Source of the DNA: Clostridiales bacterium | GTDB lineage: Bacteria > Bacillota > Clostridia > Christensenellales > Aristaeellaceae | Assembly (NCBI GenBank): GCA_004557805.1 | Contig: SFFS01000008.1 | Span: 1-53,619, forward strand | Reading direction: 5' to 3' | Length of the DNA stretch: 53,619 bases | In this document: positions 34,499-42,631 of the stretch, one piece after another | Position numbering within the stretch: the stretch's first letter is position 1 | Layout: every line of letters begins with the position of its first letter | Position numbers and translations under genes: made by a program | Notes under the pieces: model-generated | The model's database searches: none | Seen by the model: only the letters and a program-made list of their open reading frames with translations | What the model was told of the DNA's origin: nothing

Positions 34499-36331
34499 TT
34501 ACTTGCTCAGCGCGTCCGCGACGGCGGCCTTGATGGCGTTGGAGGTTACCGTACCGCCGGTCACCGCGTCGACTTCGAAGCTGTTTGCTTCGACGATGCG
34601 TTCAGGCATCAGCCGAATCGCGCGGTCGCTCACGCCGGGCGTTTCGGAGTGGGAAAGGATTTCAACCGCATCGATCTTTTCGCCGTCCAGAGTCACCTTC
34701 ACGGCCAGCTTCGTGCCGCCCATGCCCTGGCCGTAGCCGATGAATTCGTTTTCGGCCGTCTCGTAAACCTTCTCTTCAGCGGGCGCGGGAGCGAAAGCCG
34801 TCTTGCTTTCCATGACGCTGTCGGGGCTGTTGTCCGTCTTGGCGGCCGCGGCGTTTTTGCCGGCTTCGCGTCCGAACAGCATGCCGCCGCCGATGTTGCA
34901 GGAGGCCTGATAGCAGTAGGACCATACGTCGCCCAGCTCGCCCGCGCCGTACAGGTGGGGGATGGCTTCTCCGTTCAAATCGAGAATTTCAGCGTGTTCG
35001 TTGCGCTCGGGACCGCCCTGCGTGTTCACGACGGAGGCGACCATTTCAATGGCGTAGAACGGGCCTTCGCTGAATTTCTTCATGGTTTCCAGGCTGCGGC
35101 CAAAGAGGATATCCTCGCCGCGGTCGATCATTTCGTTGTTGAGCGCGATGGTCTTTTCGAGGTTTTCGGCGGGCACGCCGATCTTTTCGGCCAGCTCGGC
35201 GAGCGTATCGGCCTTCACGATCCAGCCGCTGGCAATTTCTTCGCTGTTATCGGCGCTGAACTGCTTGTGAAGCGCGCCCATGTCGATGATTTCCTGATCC
35301 ATGATCGCGTAGATCTTCGAGGTGAAAGGCGTGGCGATGATATCGCCGTGGAAATAGCTCTTGCCGTGATGAGACTTATCTGCCTCGTTCATAAAGCGCG
35401 TGCCGTCGTTGCCGACCATGATAACGCCCTTGGCGGCGATGCCGCGCTGGCAGCCGAACACCTGCACGCCGCAGGGATAGCGGAAGTCGAGATCGGCGTA
35501 GACCATGTTGCCCATGTGCCAGAGGTTCGCGCCGACTTCCTGCGCCATGACGATACCGTCGCCGGTATTGAACAGCGCGCTGCCGAGGGAGACGAGGTTC
35601 GCCTTCACTGCATAGTCCTGCAGCATCTGCTTGTTGCTTTCAAAGCCGCCGCAGCACAGCACCACGCCGTTGCGCGCGCGGAGGTTGACGGTTTTGCCGT
35701 CTACTTCGGCCTGCACGCCGTGAACGATGCGCGTATCCCGGTCCTGAATGAGGTGCTTGGCCGGCGCGCTGTACCATACGTCGATGCTGTCGGAGCGCTC
35801 TTCCACGGCCGCCTTCATTTTGAAGTACATATAGCCGTCGCCGCCGAACGCGCCGTTGCCGGTCATGGTCTGAATGCTGCCCGCGCCGGGCATGTTCACG
35901 AATTCAACGTTGCCGCGGTTGACGGGATTTTCCATGCCGAGAACGTCGGTCATCCAGCTGAGGTTGTCGGAAAGACCGCTGATGTACATTTCGATGATTT
36001 CATCGGACGGGGTCGCGAAATCGCCGCGCAGCGCCTTCATATAGGCGACCGCATCGTCGTGCTGCGCCGGATCGACGTAGCCCATCCACTGCATGCAGAC
36101 GCGGGAATTTCCGCCGGCAAGCGCTTCGGGCGCTTTTTCAAGCAGGAGCACTTTTGCGCCGGCGTCGGCCGCAGCGGTGGCGGCGGTGGCGCCCGCGGCG
36201 CCGAAGCCGATGACGATCACGTCGTATTCGGCGTCCCAGTCGATCGTGCTTTCAAAAGCGGCTTCGTCCGCGAAGGCGAAGCTGCTCAGAAGCAGACAGA
36301 ATGCGAGCAGAGCAACAACCAGTTTCTTCAT
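34499..36331 (-). CDS. Secreted FAD-dependent reductase (fumarate/urocanate-reductase flavoprotein family) with a C-terminal FMN-binding domain
   Basis: Signal peptide MKKLVVALLAFCLLLSSFAFA. FAD motif DVIVIGFGAAGATAATAAADAGAKVLLLEK and NTQGGPERN. The C-terminal FMN_bind-like module is GYGQGMGG...HSETPGVSDRA...VDAVTGGTVTS. Confidence 0.88.
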   Translation of the reverse strand: MKKLVVALLAFCLLLSSFAFADEAAFESTIDWDAEYDVIVIGFGAAGATAATAAADAGAKVLLLEKAPEALAGGNSRVCMQWMGYVDPAQHDDAVAYMKALRGDFATPSDEIIEMYISGLSDNLSWMTDVLGMENPVNRGNVEFVNMPGAGSIQTMTGNGAFGGDGYMYFKMKAAVEERSDSIDVWYSAPAKHLIQDRDTRIVHGVQAEVDGKTVNLRARNGVVLCCGGFESNKQMLQDYAVKANLVSLGSALFNTGDGIVMAQEVGANLWHMGNMVYADLDFRYPCGVQVFGCQRGIAAKGVIMVGNDGTRFMNEADKSHHGKSYFHGDIIATPFTSKIYAIMDQEIIDMGALHKQFSADNSEEIASGWIVKADTLAELAEKIGVPAENLEKTIALNNEMIDRGEDILFGRSLETMKKFSEGPFYAIEMVASVVNTQGGPERNEHAEILDLNGEAIPHLYGAGELGDVWSYCYQASCNIGGGMLFGREAGKNAAAAKTDNSPDSVMESKTAFAPAPAEEKVYETAENEFIGYGQGMGGTKLAVKVTLDGEKIDAVEILSHSETPGVSDRAIRLMPERIVEANSFEVDAVTGGTVTSNAIKAAVADALSK

Positions 36332-36375
36332 GAGTTTCCCTTCCTTTCAAGTATCCCCCTTGATGGGTTGAGAAA

Positions 36376-36404
36376 ATCATAACAGAAACGAAGATTGTGA
36401 ACAA
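36376..36404 (-). promoter_or_regulatory. Candidate promoter of the reductase gene
   Basis: On the minus strand: TTGTTC (36404-36399), 17-nt spacer, TATGAT (36381-36376), about 45 nt upstream of ATG 36331. Confidence 0.4.
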
Positions 36405-36446
36405 ATACCCATTCCGGCGCAAATGACTTTATTTATGACAAACGGG

Positions 36447-37379
36447 TTATAAATCCGCGGACGCGGCAATCCGCTCCGCGGCGCTGCGGAAAACCTGCGC
36501 AAGCGCCGGGCTTGTGCTGAAGTGCGGCCATGCGAGCATGATCTCAAAGCCGGAGCGGTATTCGGCGACCGGGCGGCAGATGAGCAGATGATTTGCGATG
36601 ATTTCAGAGGAATCCGGCATAACGCCGACGGCGTTTCCGGCGGTAATCGCCAGGCTGAAAGCCTGCGAACCGCGGGCGATGGCGAGGTTCTGCATGGGCA
36701 CGCCGCACAGCAGAAGCTGCAGGCGAATGGCTTCGTAAAGCGTCGTACAGGGCACGAGGCTGGAAACGTTCCGGGGCTGGGGGAGAAGGAACTGGCGCGT
36801 CAGCGCCTCAGAAATGGAGACCTCGCCGCTCTGCTGTGCCAGCGGGTCCGAAGCAGAAACGAAAAAGCTCAGACCGGCCGTTTCCAGCGGAACCGCTTCC
36901 AGCCAGTCCTGATCCTTCGCTTCGCAGGGCATTACCAGCGCCACGTCCAGCTTTCCGGTATAAAGCCGCTCCAGCGTGTCGCACGCCTCGGCGCGAACGG
37001 AAAGCTCGCGGTTCGTCTGCCGCATGACGGCGATCAGGCGCATGGCGAACGAAAACTGGCCGTTGCTGCCGTATCCCAGCCGGATTTCGGGCGCAGTGTG
37101 CGCAGCGTCCGGCGAAAGCGCGCGCTCCAGCGCTTCGCATTCGTTCAGAACCTGCGCCGCGTGCTGGTAAAACAGCTTTCCGGCAGGCGTTAAATGCATC
37201 TGGCGCGTCGTGCGCTCGATCAGCGTAACGCCGAGCCGCTCCTCGAGCGCGTGGATTTTCCGGCTCAGAAACGGCTGCGCGATATAGAGCTGCTCCGCAG
37301 CCTTTGAAAAGCCGCCCGTCCGGATGATCGCGGCAAAATACTGCATGTCGGTCAGGTCAAAATTCAGCTGATTGCTCAT
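36447..37379 (-). CDS. LysR family transcriptional regulator
   Basis: MQYFAAIIRTGGFSKAAEQLYIAQPFLSRKIHALEERLGVTLIERTTRQMHLTPAG is a LysR HTH, followed by a substrate-binding domain. Confidence 0.92.
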   Translation of the reverse strand: MSNQLNFDLTDMQYFAAIIRTGGFSKAAEQLYIAQPFLSRKIHALEERLGVTLIERTTRQMHLTPAGKLFYQHAAQVLNECEALERALSPDAAHTAPEIRLGYGSNGQFSFAMRLIAVMRQTNRELSVRAEACDTLERLYTGKLDVALVMPCEAKDQDWLEAVPLETAGLSFFVSASDPLAQQSGEVSISEALTRQFLLPQPRNVSSLVPCTTLYEAIRLQLLLCGVPMQNLAIARGSQAFSLAITAGNAVGVMPDSSEIIANHLLICRPVAEYRSGFEIMLAWPHFSTSPALAQVFRSAAERIAASADL

Positions 37380-37410
37380 GCAGCGCTTTCTCCCTTCGAA
37401 AGGCGGGCGT

Positions 37411-38619
37411 TCATTCGGGGCGGGACGTTTCCAGCCATTCCCGGTATTTTTCGATTACGGCCTCCCGCGCGTATTTTGCCTGATAGAGCGCGCGGGCGCG
37501 GCGGCCCATCTCGTCCAGCGGCGCGCCGTCGCGAAGGAGCGCGCGCAGCGCCTCGGCGATCTGCTCGCTTTCGCCTTCACGGAAGCGGACGCCGACATGC
37601 TCGCGATCGATATCGCGCGCAATGTCCGATTCACACGAGGAGATCAGCAGCGTGCCGCGCCCGCTGGCGAGGATGCCGTAATATTTGCTTGGCAGCAGCA
37701 CGTTCTGGAACGCGGCCGAAAACACCACCACCGAAAGATCGGCGGCGGACAGATGCCGCCCCAGCTCGCTTGCGGGGGCATAGCCTTCGAAACGGACGTT
37801 TTGCAGCCCCTCTTTTTCGCATGCGTCTTTGAACTTGAAATAATTGCTGCCCGCTCCGGCGATCTGGAACAGCACCGGCTCGTCTTTCAGAAGGCGCGCG
37901 GCGCCCAGCAGCGTCTGAAATTCGTGTGCGACGCCGAAATTGCCGCTGTACTGGACGACCAGCCTGTCGCCCCAGCCGCGCGCGGCCTTCGCTTCGCCGC
38001 GCGGAAGCGGTTCGATCTGTTCCGGGAAAAAGTTTGGGATCAGCTTTACCTGCGGCAGACCGTATTCGGCCTGCAAATGCGCGCACATTTCATGGCTGAG
38101 CGAGGCGACCGCGTCGCAGCGGCGCATCGCGCCGCCCATCGTGCGGCGCAGGAAACGATAGGTGAAGCCCGTGCCGTCGCTCATGCCGCTGGCTTTGAGC
38201 ACGTCCGGATACAGATCCTGCACGGTGAGATACACCTGATAGCCGCGCAGGCGCTTGCCGATTTTCGCGCAGACGACCGCCAGCGGCGGGGCTGTACCCA
38301 CGAGCACCTTCTCGTTTTTGCCGATGTGGAAAACGCAATAGAAAAACAGGCTGATTTCAAACGTGATAAGGTTGAAAAGCTTGCCCGCGAACGACGATTT
38401 GGGGAATTTGGTGTTCCACAGCCGCTTTACGGCGACGCTGTTGCGCGTTTCGCGGCGCGGCGGCTTTTCCGTCATGCCGGGGTAGTACGGATCGCCGGTA
38501 ACGACGGTAGTCTGCCAGCCGCGGCGCGCAAAGTTTTCCGCAATCGCGCAGAAAATCTGGCCCGTCGAAGCGGTCTCCGGGGGATATTGCTGGTTGAGAA
38601 TGGTCAGTTTTTCAGGCAT
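37411..38619 (-). CDS. Glycosyltransferase family 4 (WcaI/WbuB-like)
   Basis: ILNQQYPPETASTGQ... N-terminus and GT1/GT4 C-terminal features (GNFGVAHEF..., LPSKYYGILASGR). Confidence 0.88.
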   Translation of the reverse strand: MPEKLTILNQQYPPETASTGQIFCAIAENFARRGWQTTVVTGDPYYPGMTEKPPRRETRNSVAVKRLWNTKFPKSSFAGKLFNLITFEISLFFYCVFHIGKNEKVLVGTAPPLAVVCAKIGKRLRGYQVYLTVQDLYPDVLKASGMSDGTGFTYRFLRRTMGGAMRRCDAVASLSHEMCAHLQAEYGLPQVKLIPNFFPEQIEPLPRGEAKAARGWGDRLVVQYSGNFGVAHEFQTLLGAARLLKDEPVLFQIAGAGSNYFKFKDACEKEGLQNVRFEGYAPASELGRHLSAADLSVVVFSAAFQNVLLPSKYYGILASGRGTLLISSCESDIARDIDREHVGVRFREGESEQIAEALRALLRDGAPLDEMGRRARALYQAKYAREAVIEKYREWLETSRPE

Positions 38620-39247
38620 TCGGCTTCGCCTTTCTCTTTTCGCCGTCCACGTCCTCGTCGTAGGGGAGCGCGCCCTCGCGCACGCCGCGAGCCGTCAGCA
38701 CGCAGATGACGGAATATACGATGATTTTCAGATCGAGCCAGAGCGACATATGATCGGCGTAATAGCCGTCCAGCCGCGCCTTATCGGGCGGAAGGATGCA
38801 GTCGCGTCCGTTCACCTGCGCCCAGCCGGTGATGCCCGGCCGCACGCGGTATGCGCCGGTCTGGCGGCGCAGCTCGTGAATATCCTTTTCGTTGGGAACG
38901 AGCGGGCGCGGGCCGATCAGGCTCATTTCCCCCTTGAGCACGTTGAACAGCTGCGGCAGCTCGTCCAGGCTGGTCTTGCGCAGCACGCGGCCCACGCGCG
39001 TGATGTGTGTCTCGGCGTTCTGCAATTCGCTCGTGGCAACGTCGCGCGGCGCGGATGTGTTCATCGAGCGCAGCTTGTAGATGTAAAAGCGTTTTTCATT
39101 TCGTCCTACGCGCTCCTGCTTGAAAAGCGCCGGGCCGGGCGAATCGAGCTTCACCAGCACGCCCAGCACGATCAGCAGCGGCAGCAGCGCGATCAGCGCC
39201 GCCAGCGACAGCAGAATATCGAGCAACCGCTTCAAAATTGGATACAT
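38612..39247 (-). CDS. Sugar transferase (polyprenyl-phosphate hexose-1-phosphate transferase, Bac_transf family)
   Basis: KRLLDILLSLAALIALLPLL..., SPGPALFKQERVGRNEKRFYIYKLRSM, DELPQLFNVLKGEMSLIGPRP and GITGWAQVNGR. Only the last 211 codons of the 502-aa ORF are protein-like. It overlaps the GT4 start by 8 nt. Confidence 0.9.
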   Translation of the reverse strand: MYPILKRLLDILLSLAALIALLPLLIVLGVLVKLDSPGPALFKQERVGRNEKRFYIYKLRSMNTSAPRDVATSELQNAETHITRVGRVLRKTSLDELPQLFNVLKGEMSLIGPRPLVPNEKDIHELRRQTGAYRVRPGITGWAQVNGRDCILPPDKARLDGYYADHMSLWLDLKIIVYSVICVLTARGVREGALPYDEDVDGEKRKAKPNA

Positions 39248-39252
39248 CTTCC

Positions 39253-39900
39253 TCAATACAGCCCTGCGATACCCATCGCGAGCAGCGCCGTGCCGAGCAC
39301 GCGCGTTGTCCACTCGATCATATCGGCAAGCCCTTCCTCCGTATTTTCGACGGCGCTGTGCGCCGCCTCGACCCCTGCGGAAGCCAGCAGCATCACGCCG
39401 CCCAGCGCGACCGCCGGGCGCACGCCGCTGCCGACGAACGCCGCGCAGAACGCCATGCCGGAAAGCCCGCTGTGCATTATCAGCGTCAGCAGCCACAGCG
39501 CCTTTCTCGAACGGGAGACGGTCTGGCGGAAAATCCACCACAGCCACAGCATAATGCCGGTCAGCACGAACACCGGCAGCAGCCATGCAACCAGCTCCGC
39601 GCCGTAGAGTGCTCCCGGCGTGCGCAGATGGCGCGCGGGCATGGCGCTCATCGCGCGCGAAAGCGCGGCGGAAAACACCGCGTCCGCCGCCGAAAGCACG
39701 AGCATGCGCGCATCCCGCGGGCTGCGCACGCAGCGCGCCGCCGCAGGCAGCTCCATCCACAGCGCGTCGGCCATCCAGCACAGGAACAGCCCCGCCAGCG
39801 ACAGATACTGCCACGCCTCGCCGCGCCCCAGCGCCAGCACAATGCAGACGATCATCAGCGCGGGCGTGAGCAGAATCCGCCAGCGTGCCCGCACTTTCAT
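39253..39900 (-). CDS. Polytopic membrane protein, YhhN (lysoplasmalogenase)-like
   Basis: About 215 aa and 7-8 TM segments. WQYLSLAGLFLCWMADALWMELP resembles the YhhN LAGL..GDAL motif. ATG 39900 follows GGGGAGG. Confidence 0.55.
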   Translation of the reverse strand: MKVRARWRILLTPALMIVCIVLALGRGEAWQYLSLAGLFLCWMADALWMELPAAARCVRSPRDARMLVLSAADAVFSAALSRAMSAMPARHLRTPGALYGAELVAWLLPVFVLTGIMLWLWWIFRQTVSRSRKALWLLTLIMHSGLSGMAFCAAFVGSGVRPAVALGGVMLLASAGVEAAHSAVENTEEGLADMIEWTTRVLGTALLAMGIAGLY

Positions 39901-40047
39901 CGCCTCCCCGCGCTTTTTCGGTTGTGATTGTATCATGGATAGAAGATGGATGCAAGAGGAAGCGGCGCAGGGCGCGCCGGGGAAAGCAAAAAAGCAAGGC
40001 CCGCCGGGCGGCGGGCCTCTGTATGCCGGATGCGCCGCGCGGGCGCT

Positions 40048-40941
40048 TTATTCTTTTTCCATCAGCACGCCGGCTTCCGCAGTGAACGCCAGATACGTTC
40101 TGGGCCAGAAGCGGGAGCACATGCGGCTGGCGTTTTCAGCGACGTGCCTGTCGGTGAACAGCGCGACGACGGCGCTTCCGCTGCCGGTCATCTGAGCGCG
40201 AAGCGCGCCGTAATGCTCCAGCGCCTGCGCGCAGACGGCGATTTCCGGCCGGCGCGGCACAGCGGCGGCTTCCAGCGCGTTGCCCATCGAAGCGGCCAGC
40301 GCGTGCGCGTCGCCGCCGCGAAGCGCAGCGGCGACGGCGGCGGGATCGGGGTTGCGCGGCGCTTCGGGCAGCGCGTCGAACGCGCTGAAAACCTGCGGCG
40401 TGGAAAGCCCCCGGCAGGGCTGCACGATCACCACGGGGAACGACCGGCCGCATGGCAGCGTTTCGAGCCGCTCGCCAATGCCGCGCACGCGCGCAAGGCC
40501 GCCGCGCAGCAGGAACGGAACATCCGCGCCGCACGCCTGCGCCGCATGCATCAGCTCCGCTTCCGTCAGCCCAAGCTCCCACATCAGGTTCAGCCCCAGC
40601 AGCGCGGCCGCCGCGTCGGCGCTTCCGCCGCCCAGGCCGCCTCCCACCGGGATGCGCTTGCGCAGTTCGAACTCCGCGCCCAGCGCTGCGCCCGTCAGCC
40701 CGCGCAGCACGCGCGCCGCCTTGAGGACGAGGTTATTGTCGTCGCCGGGAACGAGCGCGCCCCGCGCGCGCAGAAAAAGCGAATCCGCCGGGCGGATCGT
40801 CAGCGTGTCGCACAGCGAGACGGATTGCATAATCATATCCAGTTCGTGATAGCCGTCCTCGCGCCTGCCCAGCACGGACAGCGCCCAGTTTACCTTCGCG
40901 TTTGCAAGTAAGCGCACAGCAGTTTCCTCTTTCTGGAGCAA
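40048..40941 (-). CDS. ispE: 4-(cytidine 5'-diphospho)-2-C-methyl-D-erythritol kinase
   Basis: AKVNWALSVLGRREDGYHELDMIMQSV... and KRIPVGGGLGGGSADAAAALLGLN (GHMP kinase motif). Confidence 0.92.
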   Translation of the reverse strand: MLQKEETAVRLLANAKVNWALSVLGRREDGYHELDMIMQSVSLCDTLTIRPADSLFLRARGALVPGDDNNLVLKAARVLRGLTGAALGAEFELRKRIPVGGGLGGGSADAAAALLGLNLMWELGLTEAELMHAAQACGADVPFLLRGGLARVRGIGERLETLPCGRSFPVVIVQPCRGLSTPQVFSAFDALPEAPRNPDPAAVAAALRGGDAHALAASMGNALEAAAVPRRPEIAVCAQALEHYGALRAQMTGSGSAVVALFTDRHVAENASRMCSRFWPRTYLAFTAEAGVLMEKE

Positions 40942-41090
40942 TTCCGGCGGCTGCCGGTCCGGCTCTGCGGCATGATTTGATTGATATTCTCCGCCTTTTC
41001 GGGAAAACCTTCAAAATGCTTGCTTTTTCGGGCGCGTGTTGATATAATGCCCTCGCAAACAGCACAAAAACGCGAAACCGGAGGATTATC

Positions 41091-41462
41091 ATGAACGAAG
41101 AAGATCGCGATATCGTAGAGTTTACCGACGAAGAAGGCAACAGCATTCTGCTGGAAGTCCTGGATACTTTCTACTATAACGGCGAAGAGTTCGCCGTGCT
41201 GGCCGACTACGTGGAAGACGAAGAAGACGACGGCGAAACCGCCGCCTGCGATTGCGCCCAGAGCGAAGGCTGCGCCTGCTGCGGCGGCTGCGGCGAAGGC
41301 GATGAAGAGGGCGAGGACGTTTACCTGATGAAGATCGTCACTTCCACCAACGAGGAAGGCGAAGAAATGGAAGAATTCATCCCCGTTGAGGACGACGACC
41401 TCATGGAAAAGCTGATCGAAATCGTGCAGACCCGCTTTGGCGAGGACGACGAAGAAGAATAA
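41091..41462 (+). CDS. DUF1292 family protein with an acidic, Cys-rich insert
   Basis: IVEFTDEEGNSILLEVLDTFYYNGEEFAVLADYVEDEE...VYLMKIV...FIPVEDDDLMEKLIEIVQTRF is the DUF1292 pattern. The insert is CDCAQSEGCACCGGCGEG. Confidence 0.8.
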   Translation: MNEEDRDIVEFTDEEGNSILLEVLDTFYYNGEEFAVLADYVEDEEDDGETAACDCAQSEGCACCGGCGEGDEEGEDVYLMKIVTSTNEEGEEMEEFIPVEDDDLMEKLIEIVQTRFGEDDEEE

Positions 41463-41476
41463 GCCTGACCGAATAA

Positions 41477-41505
41477 AACGCCTGCCGGATACGTCAGGCG
41501 TTTTT
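41477..41505 (+). terminator. Rho-independent terminator after the DUF1292 gene
   Basis: AACGCCTG (41477-41484) pairs with CAGGCGTT (41495-41502), followed by a T-run. Confidence 0.75.
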
Positions 41506-41529
41506 CCTATTCTCTGCGAGGGTGTGCGT

Positions 41530-42615
41530 ATGAAAAACGGTGCAAAAAAAGCGCTGCGCGCGCTGGTCTGCCTGCTTGCGGCGCTACTGCTTGCGTTGGC
41601 GGGATATATCGCGTATCTGTTTCTTTCCTATAGCCGCCTGCCCGATCTGCTGCCGCTGACGGTGGAGAACGGCGATTCCGCCGCGCCGCGAACGGAAACG
41701 AAATATTCGCTCCTTTCCTTCAACGTCGGCTTCGGCGCGTATGAGCCGGATTTCGGCTTTTTCATGGATGGAGGAACGGAATCGCGCGCGTTTTCCAGGG
41801 AGCGGCTGGAGAAGAACCTTGCGAACATCGCCGCGTTCCTTCAGAATGAGAAAGCGGATTTCCTGTTCCTTCAGGAGGTGGACGAGGACGGTACGCGTAC
41901 CTATCATGTCAACGAGCGCGAAGTGCTGACGAACGCGCTGGACGACTATGCCGCCGTATGGGCGCAGAACTGGGATTCGGCGTATCTGTTCTATCCGTTC
42001 ACCCAGCCGCACGGCAAAAACCGCGCCGGGATGCTGACCTTCAGCCGCTTCGGCGTTTCCTCGGCGCTGCGGCGCAGCCTGCCGGTGGAGACGGGCTTTA
42101 TGAAGCTGCTCGACCTCGACCGCTGCTACAGCGTCAGCCGCGTTCCGCTTGAGAACGGCTCAGAACTGGTGCTGTATAACGTGCATCTTTCGGCGTACAC
42201 CTCCGACGGAACGATTGCGGGCCGGCAGCTGGAAATGCTCGTAGCCGACATGGCTGCGGAATATGCGAAGGGGAATTACGCCGTGTGCGGCGGCGATTTT
42301 AACAAGGACGTGCTGGGCGACAGTCCGGAAACCTTCGGCATGGAGGACAGCGGTTATAACTGGGCGCAGCCGATTCCGCCGGAAATTTTCGAGGGGACCG
42401 GCCTTTCGCTCGTCGCGCCCATCGACAGGGAGAACCCCGTGCCCTCCTGCCGCAACGCCGACGGAGAATACTATGAGGGCCAGTACGTGGTGACGGTGGA
42501 CGGGTTCATCGTCTCGGACAACGTGAACGTACTGCAAAGCACGGTGATCGACACCGGCTTTGCCTATTCCGACCATAACCCGGTGCGGTTGACCTTCTCG
42601 CTGGCCGCACAGTAA
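41530..42615 (+). CDS. Endonuclease/exonuclease/phosphatase (EEP) family protein with an N-terminal membrane anchor
   Basis: TM segment ALVCLLAALLLALAGYIAYLFL, then LLSFNVGFGAY, FLFLQEVDEDG, LYNVHLSAY, VCGGDFN and YSDHNPV (EEP catalytic motifs). Confidence 0.85.
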   Translation: MKNGAKKALRALVCLLAALLLALAGYIAYLFLSYSRLPDLLPLTVENGDSAAPRTETKYSLLSFNVGFGAYEPDFGFFMDGGTESRAFSRERLEKNLANIAAFLQNEKADFLFLQEVDEDGTRTYHVNEREVLTNALDDYAAVWAQNWDSAYLFYPFTQPHGKNRAGMLTFSRFGVSSALRRSLPVETGFMKLLDLDRCYSVSRVPLENGSELVLYNVHLSAYTSDGTIAGRQLEMLVADMAAEYAKGNYAVCGGDFNKDVLGDSPETFGMEDSGYNWAQPIPPEIFEGTGLSLVAPIDRENPVPSCRNADGEYYEGQYVVTVDGFIVSDNVNVLQSTVIDTGFAYSDHNPVRLTFSLAAQ

Positions 42616-42631
42616 AAAAACGGAGGATTTC

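Noticed and set aside
38612-40120. A 502-aa ORF that would fuse the sugar transferase to a ~290-aa Arg/Ala/Gly-rich N-terminus. The apbE ORF (50357-51895), the SBP ORF (3895-5394), the murA ORF (21097-22545) and the GH2 ORF (26621-29170) show the same pattern.
   Set aside because: Family homology, hydrophobic signal or TM segments and good Shine-Dalgarno sequences all begin at internal ATGs. The upstream parts overlap other supported genes on the opposite strand and are low complexity.
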